64,000 nucleotides of DNA from Lingula anatina (lineage: Eukaryota; Animalia; Brachiopoda), in the NCBI GenBank assembly GCA_051362555.1, contig CM120640.1, positions 310,001-374,000 of the forward strand. Direction: 5' to 3'. Numbering within the stretch: the first letter of the stretch is position 1; the number at the start of each line of letters is the position of its first letter. Made by a program: the position numbers and the translations under genes. Below are positions 53,504 to 64,000 of the stretch, in pieces. A model generated the notes under the pieces. It searched no databases. It worked only from the letters and a program-made list of their open reading frames with translations, and was not told where the DNA came from.

Positions 53504-54043
53504 GTGTTGTCTGCTTTACATGGACGCTAATACAAAGACAAAACTTTAGGCAAAATGTTGGTGACGAGAAGTCATTAAGTATGGAATATTGTTTGATTAC
53601 TTGTGTAAATCCTGGAAATCTTTAAAATCTGAGATTACCTCAGAAAAGGATCAATACTTGGAGACGCAACTGAACAAAGTCAGGGAGGGCATTATCGTCT
53701 TAACAGGGGATTCTATATTATATGCTCTACAAAGCACAATCGGTTATGAGCCCTTCGTTTATTCATTAATAAATGAATAATAAAACTACAAATATAGAAT
53801 CCTTTCAGAAAGATCAAAAATAAATCTGATCGTTATTTTCCGGGACGGTGATCATCTTAAGCTACAGTTCATTATTAACCGACTTCTGCCTTCGATTTCC
53901 AATTAGATTTTGTTGCTGTAATGAAATATGCATGAGAGCCGTCAATAGTGAGAACTAGATTTGGCGACTTAGAACAATTGATTGGAAACAGTTCTCAAAT
54001 CCTTTGATATCGATCCTTCAGTCCTTGGTGCTTTTAAACAAAC

Positions 54044-54955
54044 ATGGCTGAACATGATCGCACTTTACCCAAACCCCTCTTCAATCTCCTCCAAGAAGAA
54101 GACATCGCCGGTCAAATGAAGCGCAGTAACTCACCTCTGTGTCAAGATGTCCGCCTGCGGGACCTGCTGGACAACAGTTACCAGCCGTCATGGCAGGACT
54201 CTTTTGTGAAACGGCAACCAAAGTCCACCCTGGTCATAGACGCCAATACTGAAATCTTTGGAGAACAAACAGAAGAGGGGCAGGGTCTACGGGGAAAGCT
54301 GTACACAGAGATCATCCGAGCGTTCCCCAACAGATCGAGTATTCCACTACACAGCTATCTAGAGATGGAATACAGCATGTTGAAAGATGGAATTCAACCG
54401 GCTTCACAACAATACATGAACTTTGTCACTCAAAAACCACTGCAAACAAGGGACATGGCAGAATATCAGAAGACTTTACAACAACAGGCAGCAATTAGGG
54501 CTCGAAATCGACCGGTTCCTAATAATTCACCACAGAATTCAAAGGAGAAACTTTCTCCGGAAAATATTAACAATCGAAACAAAACGAGACTTTTTACTTA
54601 CACTGTAGCGAACAACACAAGCAAAAACAATAAGAACGAGACTGCAATGCAAAAGATGCATTCCAAAAACAGCAGCATGGACGAGAGTTTGCCTCCTATC
54701 TTGAGGAGCACGGGCACAGATCGGCCGCGAAGGAGAAATAACAGAGTTCGCTTCAACATAGGAGGGGACGACCTCATTGACGCCGACAAGGCATTTGGGC
54801 GAGCCTCGCCTGGTCTGCCGGCGCTGGTCTCAGCGGAAAATGCCGAGGTGGATGCGGGAGGGGCCTGGGACGACGAACTGCCCGCCCACCGTAGACCAGT
54901 GGTCACATCAAAGGAGGACAACAGTGGGGAGCCATGGTGGCTGCAGAGACTGTGA
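54044..54955 (+). CDS. Uncharacterised 303-aa protein, single coding exon
   Basis: Good start context aaacATGG, 912-nt ORF, contains an RVRF motif. Confidence 0.8.
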   Translation: MAEHDRTLPKPLFNLLQEEDIAGQMKRSNSPLCQDVRLRDLLDNSYQPSWQDSFVKRQPKSTLVIDANTEIFGEQTEEGQGLRGKLYTEIIRAFPNRSSIPLHSYLEMEYSMLKDGIQPASQQYMNFVTQKPLQTRDMAEYQKTLQQQAAIRARNRPVPNNSPQNSKEKLSPENINNRNKTRLFTYTVANNTSKNNKNETAMQKMHSKNSSMDESLPPILRSTGTDRPRRRNNRVRFNIGGDDLIDADKAFGRASPGLPALVSAENAEVDAGGAWDDELPAHRRPVVTSKEDNSGEPWWLQRL

Positions 54956-56981
54956 CTTCAGAGGAAAGAGATTTTTATTCATTTTTTACAATGTTACATG
55001 TGTACGAAAAGCAGAGCTGAAGAGCTTGATACTGAGACCGTGAAGTGGTCTTCAGCATGTGCAGTATGCAATGACAGCAAAACCCGAGCCGCGCACCTGT
55101 TGACATTAGTTTACATCAATACAGATATTGGCGTTATAATGGGATACTGGGATAATAACAGGATATAGCATATAACAATTAATGATGTTATAACGGAATG
55201 CTGAGATAAAGGCATATAACACAACAAGTATTAGCGTTATAGCGAAAAACTGGGATAAAAGGCATATAACATATTACAAACATTTGCGTTATAGCGGAAT
55301 ACTGAGTTAAAGACAAATACCACATGACAAAAAATATTGGCGTTATGACAGGACACGGAATATGATACATAACAGACTCCTGTGATCAAATTGATACGAT
55401 TTGTTCTCGAAACTATTTAAGAAAGGCGTATTTAAATCTGATGTCATCGCGTTTCACAGGCGCGGACCTAGTCACGAGAACCGCTGATCCAGTTGTTACT
55501 CAGTTGTTGTGGGTGGAATTCACACAAGTTTGAAGCCACGAACTTTTTTTTCAAAAGTTGCACACGTGACACACGTTTTTTTTCTTCTGGTATGTAAAAT
55601 TTTGATCAAGCTGGTAAAGGAAGATATGGCGGTTGAATAGCTCAGGGAATTGTTACATTTCAAGAAAAATATAAAACAATTAGCATCACTTTTGTTTCCA
55701 TGGTTTTACTCATAGCATGCTATATAAACAACTACATAGTTAGCCTGGCATGTGACAGGTTTTGATAAGGAACTTTGTGATGTGACATTATGTTTGGGGT
55801 GAGGGGGCTGTGTGAGGTCGTCCTGATTTTACTTGTAAAACTGGCTCTGAAACAGGCATAGGAATGTTTTAAGTATATTTCAGTAGTCTTCAATTCAGGG
55901 TGGAGCACTGTGTTTGGGAAACTTTGTTATTGTTTAGAGGACACATATATGTAATAGGTACAGTTTATAGTTTTCATTAACAAGATGGTTTCAATCCCAG
56001 TTTGTTTTTGCTATTTTATAAGTAAAAAGATGAAAATTTATATTCTAAAGCACATTGAATGCAGTATTATACACATCTATACATTGCAGGAAAATATCAA
56101 CTATTCATGTTTCTAGTTTAGTCACACTCATGAGATTTCTATTAAACAGAAAAAGTAACAAGGTGTAAATACTGCAATAACTGCTCAGATTTTTATAAAT
56201 ACCAGGTTTTATTTTCATTTGATAAAATGTTATTAGTTTTATGTACATATGTATATTTGTATAAAATAAAAGTTTCAGTTTACAGTATTTGTTGCAGTTA
56301 CATCTCAAAATTAACTCCCATCCTGGATCACATGGCTCAAAGAAGAAACTTGTTTATACTCTTTGCACAATGTCATCCAAAAGCTGTACATGTGGTTAAA
56401 TTCTTTCAATTATTTCATAATTTCTACAACATTTCTACAAGTGTCCATGCCAAAGTGTCCATCATCAAGTATTGAAGTATTCGTCCCACTGCAGTCTTAG
56501 AAATTATAAGGTTTTCAGTTACCAGCAGAGGTATATCTCAGATTCTCATTGAATTTCAAAGATGAACAGGTTAAGAACACTCTCTTTACAAGATGAGTGA
56601 GATGTCCTGGGTGGAGAGGAAGGCTGACACTATAACACTGCTACTTTTTATCTTCCTTCATGTGTCTATTTACCTATTTAACTGCATTATAGCTTCATAT
56701 CTTTCATTTCAGTACTTCACTAATCACCTATTCTTTGCATTTCAACAGTTGAGAGTGCCTCAGACAGGTTACACCCAAAACATCACAGTTACAATCCAGG
56801 ATTGAAGGTAGATGGCCTTGTCATGCTTGTGTAAACCCTCTTTATCTTGTGCTGCAATATTGGAATGCTGCCCTAACTTTCCAACTCTCAGTCACAGACA
56901 GGCTTTACACACATATTGCATTGTCAGCTGCAGTCAAACTTTGAAAGGGAGATGTTCCAGCTATCCCTGTGTAAACCTTCC

Positions 56982-59456
56982 TTAATCCCAGTACTTTATG
57001 ACCCCATCCCAGCCTGCCGTAGCCACCTTTGACGTCTCATGAGGGTGCCACAGACAGGCGATACATACATCATCATGGGCTTTAAACTTGCTGTAGAGTT
57101 TGGTGGTCTTCCAGTCCCAAACAAACAACTTCCCATCAGCATCTCCTGATATCAGATAACTGGAAAAAAACATGGAGATCCACATAAATGACTATTACTC
57201 TTTTCACAGATGAAGTGTCTTTAAAGCAAGGCATATTATATGGGGCGCTTACAAATCAAATTGTCAAATTTAACGCCCTGTGAAATATCAGCAAAAAGAG
57301 TGTGCACCACTTTCCTGATATAGTTAAAAGACTGAAAATTGCAAATATGAAAAAACTGACATCATTATCATAACCCAGACTGCATTAAGAAGCAGGTAAG
57401 AAGTGTGTTTTACCTCATGTCAGGTGAGAAGTCCACACTGCAAGCATAGCCAGCGACCTGGAATCAGACAATGATACAGGTCAACTTAAGATTGAGAGAT
57501 GGAGAGAAGAGAGATGTTTATCCATCACAACTTAGCAAATTAAATACATTCCCATTATCAATCAACAAATACTGAAAAATTGCACAGGCAAATCAATTTT
57601 ATAGTCAATTAATAATAATAATAATAATAATAATAATCTTCACATACCATGTGCCCCTTGAAAACCTTCTTCCTCATGTACTTGAACCTGTTGAGAACAT
57701 TGAAGATGACCACTTTGTTATCCATAGCTTGACACGCCAGCCACTTGCCTGGAATCATACCAATGTCAGCTTTAGAATCTTTTATTAAAATTTATTTATG
57801 AAAGATGAATTTCCACTTTAATTCCAGAAAACCACTCTTAATGCTACCACTTGGTTTTATCTCTGCACACAAAACTGTGACCTGATAACATTTGGTGAAA
57901 AATTGTGGAGTGGGGCTTTAAAAGAGCCCATACTAGGAAGCATTCTTAATTTTACGTTTATTCCTTTCCTTTTAAACATTCTATCTGTCTTCCTGTAAAA
58001 TCATGTTAGCTTTCCCTTACCGTTGTGAGACAGCGTGACGGCAGGCATAGAATGCATACTTGGGTCTGCTATGTACTTAAAGTCCACTGGGATATCCCTG
58101 GTAACATAATTTATAATACATTATATAATACAACCCAGATAAATATTACTGTATACTTGGGTCTGCTATGTACTTAAAGTCCACTGGGATATCCCTGGTA
58201 ACATAATTTATAATACATTATATAATACAACCCAGATAAATATTACTGTATTCATTTTGTGTTAAAATATATTAAGCATGTGCCTAGAATAGTCTTATTC
58301 AGATTAAGATTTGCAAGCTATGACAAAGTTATGGAAAAAGCTTAATTTTAAATCTTAGTGCTGAAAATAAAATATACTGATTTTTACAAATCACAGCAAG
58401 TCTATGTAGTTCCTGTAACTTACCATTCCCAGACCCGGAGAGATTTATCATCTGAGGTGGTGACAAACCTTCTGTTCTGATCAACAAATGTGATGGTGTT
58501 CACAGCTCCAAGATGGCGGTCATATTCCTGGACGATCTCCCCGGACCTTGTGTCCCACTGATGACAAATACAACTGTATTAGCAAACCAACAAAACCAAC
58601 CCATTACTCAGCTTTGACATTTTAGTGAATTAAATAACAATTTGGTCCTATTTACAGAGTAAGGTAACTACAGCTGTGGAACCTGCTTCAGATTTCTAGA
58701 AGACAAAGTAAACTAAAAACTTCAACTACTAAAGTCCTTTCCACCTAGATTGGTCACCCGTACTCACAATGCTGATGTTCTAAACTTTCATTTCTTCAAA
58801 TACTGGTAGGATTCTCACAAATTGGAAAAAAGACACCGACAAAAAATAATCACATCAATTTTTTTATAAAACTCACACAAACAATTTTCTTGTCTGAGGT
58901 GCCTGCCACAAAAAGGTGCTGTTTGTCCTCATCTGGGTTAAACTTGACGCAGTACGGCACCTTGCGGCTGGTAAACCTGGACGTACACTGACCTGGAGAG
59001 GACAATTAGAAAGTTACAGGTTTATAATTCAGTCTCTAGTGATAATCAAATACAATTTCCTTGAATTAGTTGTATAAAATAATCCTAAAGTTCTAAACAA
59101 TATCTGTTTCATATGACTTAGTAAAATATTACAGCAATATTTTTATGAGATTCTTTGACATAACTTCAGGACGGAAACCTTGAAGTAAGTTATCTCATCT
59201 CAAAAGTATAGTACATTTATGAGAAAAGAAAAAATATTATCCAGGATCCAACACTATATATCTTCTAAGATAAAACACTGATTCCTTTCCCCCCTGTCCC
59301 CGTCTCACCAGTTTCTGTGTCCCATAGTTTACAATATCTGTCATAGCCAGCACTGAGGAAGTGTGTGCCATCATTGTTAAAACTTATATCTCTAACTGCT
59401 TGTTTATGTCCACTGTATGTTCTGATACATCTCCTCTCATTGTACACTTCCCAGAT
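56982..59456 (-). CDS. CDC40: Pre-mRNA-processing factor 17 (WD40), last 7 coding exons; 5' part lies beyond the window
   Basis: Exons 59456-59309 ([23 protein letters not shown]), 58992-58877 ([16 protein letters not shown]), 58557-58424 ([20 protein letters not shown]), 58097-58021 ([18 protein letters not shown]), 57748-57648, 57457-57414 (VAGYAC), 57159-56982 ([22 protein letters not shown]). Confidence 0.95.
58056..58250 (-). repeat. ~97-bp tandem duplication spanning a CDC40 acceptor
   Basis: atacttgggtctgctatgtac...gatatccctggtaacataat...attactgt occurs twice. Confidence 0.95.
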
Positions 59457-60031
59457 CTAAAACACAAAATACAAATATCATTATATTAGATTAAAAATAA
59501 AATAAAATCTGGGCAAAGAATAGGAAAGACAGATGCTTAAGTCAGTGTGATGTTTGCTTTCTTCAAAAGTGAAAGAAACAAATCTGGTTAATCCTATATT
59601 GACATAATGGGTAGACTGAATATGTGCTTTAAAGGTGCTTGGTCTAAAACCTCTGAAAAGATAAATGGTGTTTTCCATAATGCCAGAATAAGACTAGGAT
59701 GTCTAACTTGATCAAAAACCACAGGGTAAAACAAGGGTAGAAGTATAAAAATGCCAGATATGTTATCTATTCAGGTTATTTCCCTAGCCATCAAAAGCAA
59801 ACAGCAAGTAAACACAACCCGCTTCCTGGTATCTTGTGAGTCACAAAGATCATAGTGTAGTTATCATGTTTTTTCATATCTCCCTGTGTTAGCTAATCAG
59901 AGAGTGTATCTTCCTGCTTGCACTTTAGCACAATTCCTCATTTATACCATCACATGTATATGGTCACAAGACCCCTTCCAGAGAAGTAACCCACATAGAT
60001 CATTTGATTCACTGGCTGTAACTGGTCCACA

Positions 60032-63000
60032 ATGGTCACCCAGAACACAGGACATGGCACGGTGGGCATCTGGTTAACAGCAGGTAAGAACATGGCTTCC
60101 TACACACTTTCCCACATGTTAATTTATTATCAAATCAGCTCATAATTACTGAGTCACACTTCTCTATACACGTGCTAATTCACTATCAAGCCTTTGGTCA
60201 GTCATTTCATAGTTCATGGATAACACTTTCATTTTAATATCTCAAGCGAATGAGACCTGACTTTCAAAATGTTTCATCAAGATTTTCATGTCTATGTGAT
60301 ATCTGTTGTCTAGACTTGGTTAGTATACACTATGTATCAGCATGAATCGTGATAGTGCTCTTCATATCTCTTGACTTCAGCATCACTGGTTGCCGTGTCA
60401 GCAAACTTTACCACCACCAATATGTCAAGTACCTGGACATCTCTGGTACCACTTACATCTCCAGATCCACTTCCACTACAACCACCTCTCCCTCCAGGTA
60501 ACTACTGAACACTACAACCACCTCTTCCTTCAGGTAACTACTGAACACTACAACCACCTCTTCCTCCAGGTAACTACTGAACACTACAACCACCTCTTCC
60601 TCCAGGTAACTACTGAACACTACAACCACCTCTTCCTCCAGGTAACTACTGAACACTACAACCACCTCTCCCTCCAGGTAACAACTGAACACTGACCATT
60701 GCTTTGTATATTGATTTTTTGACACACCTGAATTTCTTGACAAGAAATTTTTACATGCATATAGATGAGAATACTTGTGCCAATCTAACCAATATCATTT
60801 CTTAAATTAGAGTTTATCATTGTTCTTTTTTATCCCAGTTCCAATGCCAACCAATATCTCAGCTCTGTGGTGTCATACTAACTTGACAATTTCCTGGGAG
60901 AACCTGGCAGAGGGTAGTGCTGATGTTTTACATACTGAAATCCTGCTCCTACACAACAATTCTTACCTCTGGGAGACCAGAACACTGATCTGTAAACACT
61001 GTTCTAATATCACTGTGAAGGGGCTTGAAGATAATAACAAATATACTATACAGGTATCTCTTTTAGCTTTTCCAATATATCAATCACACAGTAATAACAT
61101 AAATGATGGAAATTCATCTGTGTAGTCTTTTGATTATTTAATACACTTAAACTTGTAAGAGTGTAGAAATTTAAAAGTTTTAGCTTATAAAATAAGCAAA
61201 AACACAAAGATAATTTTTTTCTTCATTATTTCAAATTTGTCTTTTAAAATAAAGAAAGGCTTATAATTATCCTACTAAAAGAAGCTTGTATTGATCTACC
61301 ATAATACAATTTACTCTCATCTTTTTTCAAGCTTAGGGCACATACTGGCTCAGGAAGAAGCAATTACTCTGATTCGCTGGTTATTTCACCTGGCACTACA
61401 ACCACATCTACCAGTAAGATTAATTTACAAAATATTCTGTTGAACTTTTGATTTTGATAAGTATATTGCATATACTAATATATATTTCCTGTATTTCAAA
61501 TTTTCATTCAGTCAAAGAACAAGGCAGCAAAGCTGTCAAATGTACAGACAAAAAGCAGGAAATAACAAAATAGGCTACTGTCAATTCTGATGCAAAAGTA
61601 CATTATGTTAAACTGCAAATTCAACATCAAATTTTAATTATGCTCAACAGGTAATACCAATGTAAGTTAAATGTGAAACAAGCATAAGGCTTCAGGCCCA
61701 TGGGAGTTCAAGTTCACACTTTGAAAATGTAAAACTTCCAGAAAAAGAAGTCAATTAGACTGCTTTTCCAACTCAGGCTGCATTTTAGTCCTGTATTTCT
61801 TTTTTGAAAGTTTGGCAATCATAAGAAACATGGTTTTCCCATAATGGTCATCATGGCAGCAGCACCCAAAATTGTGTTTTCTTCTATTCTGATGCAATAT
61901 TACATAATGGTTAACAGCATAATGACAATCAATTTTTAATAACAAAATATATGTATCATGGATTTTCAGAAAATGTGACTAGCCTGGGTCTTCAAGCCTG
62001 TGGAACTTAAAAGTCACACCTTGAAAATGCCAATATGTGAAAAATTAAATTTTCACAAAAAAACTGTTTATCTGGCAGATTGCATTGCCTACTGAAGCTG
62101 TATTTTAGTCCCATGTTTCTTTCCTGTAAGTTTGAGAACAGTAAGTGACATGGTTTTTCTTAAAAGGTAATCATGGGAGCAGTGCCCAAAATAGGTTTTT
62201 TTCAAATTTTGATGCAATATTACATAATGTTTAACAGCATAATGACCATCAATTTTTAATAATAAAATATTAGTATCATGGATATTCAGAAAATGTGACT
62301 AGCAAAGGTCTTCAGGCCCATGGAACTTCAAAGTCACAACTTGAAAATGCCAAAATGTAAACAAGACAGCACTGTTCTGAAATGTTTTTTTCCCCATTTT
62401 TAACAATTTTTAACATAAAACAAAATTAACAGTTTACTGCCATTTTTATATGATCAACTAAGAAAATTGATGAGATGAGAGAAGTATCAATAGAGCAGTG
62501 TTAAATGTCCAATTTCTTCCATTCTGAGATTCTGAACATAGTGAATGATTGAATCTGACAAATTGCAATGATATGAGTTTATTTCCATTTTTGAAACTTT
62601 ATTACACAATACACGATAACATGTTTACCATCATTTTTACAAAATCAACTAACAATGTTGTAAAGATGCAGGAAATGTCAAACAAACACTTTCACGTATC
62701 TTTTTAGTTTAAACATAAGACTGTTAACATGCCTAAAAACTGAATCTGTGGAAATGTGAAAAAACAGCATACCTTCTACAATAACGACACGATTATGCTG
62801 ATTTAAGAACTCAACCTGCATTTTAGTAAAATTGACCACTCCTGTGACTTTCATGACAATTGGCCCATCTGTTTTTCTTATATTGTGTTTACAGTGTTGC
62901 ATATATGCTGAAAAGAGTAAAAAACAGCATAACTAGTAAAATAGTGGCCCGATCATGCCGATTTTCGAACTTGATCTGCGTTTTAGTAAGACTGATTACT

Positions 63001-64000
63001 CCTGTGAGTTTCATGACAACAGGCCTATCGGTTTTCCTTGAAATGTGTTAACAGTGTTGCATATATGCTAAAAAGTGAAAAAACAGCATAAATTCTACAA
63101 TAATGGCCCGATCATGCTGAATTTCGAACTTGACCCGCGTTTTATGAATATTAGTCAGCTCTGTAAATATAAAGCCAAAAAGTAAAACTGTCTTCCACTT
63201 ATGGTGTTAACGCTGAAAGTGCACGGCGACGGCGACAGCGACGGCGACATGATCGGCGACGGCGACGACAGACGCAGGTGATGGCAATATGTACAGACAC
63301 ATCTGTGTCTGTACATAAAAATTCTGATTGTAAAACTAGTTTCAATAAAATGCACCAATATTTCACTATTTTAGGCCAGCACTGCCCAGGTCAAGCAGAC
63401 GACATTACAGTGTTACTGGCAATAAGTATAGGGGGCGCTGGTGGGGGTCTCCTTCTTATCATCATCATCATACTTCTCATCCTACTTGGAACAAGAGGCA
63501 AGAAAGCAAAAACCCAAGAAACAACTACCTGCAAGATGACAGAAATTCAAACAAATGAGGGACACCTTTCTACAACAGTTAATGACAATGAACAGCAATC
63601 AAGAAACAGAAGAGAAAATATCAATCCTACAGGCACAAGTCAAGAAGAACCGGCCCAATATATGAGTATAAATGTTTATGATGAAGCTGAAGAGAGAAAT
63701 ATGCCAGGTCACTCTAACAAAAAACATGTGCCAACAAGTCCAAAGCAAATGGATGGTAGCCATTACATGAATGTGAATGGGGGAGGGGAGGATGTCACAC
63801 CAAATAGTTGTCCTAAATATCTGCCTCCTTCAGCCAGCAGAAAAGGCTCTAAAAAGTTCATGGACACTTATGAAATTCAAACCAACCCAACAACTACCTC
63901 TTCTAGCTGGAAAACAGGCTGGGCTAAACAAGTCTCCAGTTTAAGCAGCTTTCTAGGTGAAAAGAAAGCCAGCAGGAAGCAAGGTCATAACACTGATACT
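60032..64000 (+). CDS. Nested single-pass membrane protein: signal peptide, S/T/P stalk, FN3-like domain, TM, Tyr-motif tail; 3' end beyond window
   Basis: Exons ~60032-60083, 60381-60497, 60839-61053, 61332-61413 and 63375->64000, all GT-AG with compatible phases. PTNIS..LTISW..ITVKGLEDNNKYTIQLRAHTGSGRSNYS is FN3-like. TM ITVLLAISIGGAGGGLLLIIIIILLILLG is followed by basic TRGKKAK. Confidence 0.8.
60474..60693 (+). repeat. 36-bp x6 tandem repeat spanning a donor of the nested gene
   Basis: Unit cactacaaccacctcttcctccag|gtaactactgaa. Confidence 0.95.
61518..63321 (-). mobile_element. Helentron (HINE-like) copy E
   Basis: Same 3' (aacaaggcagcaaagctgtcaaatgtacagaca) and 5' (atgtacagacacatctgtgtctgtacataaaaa) termini as copy A. 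Confidence 0.85.

Noticed and set aside
53046-53549. 167-aa plus ORF
   Set aside because: Antisense shadow of the longer minus-strand ORF.
60390-60743. Repeat ORFs (HYNHLFLQVTTE)n and (SSYLEEEVVVVF)n
   Set aside because: Alternative frames of the 36-bp donor repeat.

Overview
AT-rich, intron-rich eukaryotic DNA. The Helentron/pearl-type repeats suggest a mollusc or other lophotrochozoan (inference). Genes reconstructed by reading splice sites by eye: the first coding exon of a CABIT-like gene (-); a two-exon orphan with an N-myristoylation-type start (+); complete 5-exon Cu/Zn superoxide dismutase SOD1 (-), head-to-head with complete 25-exon exportin-4 XPO4 (+, two U12-type introns); three small orphan genes; and the 3' seven coding exons of CDC40/PRP17 (-), with an antisense signal peptide-FN3-TM receptor-like gene nested in its intron. 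Mobile DNA: five non-autonomous Helentron (HINE-like) copies, a hAT-like element, TTAA and TWA MITEs, and a BEL/Pao-like LTR fragment. The most striking pattern is that about 12 exon-intron junctions (10 in XPO4) are tandemly duplicated into the adjacent intron, creating arrays of decoy splice sites. Gene identities rest on recalled family motifs; no database search was run.
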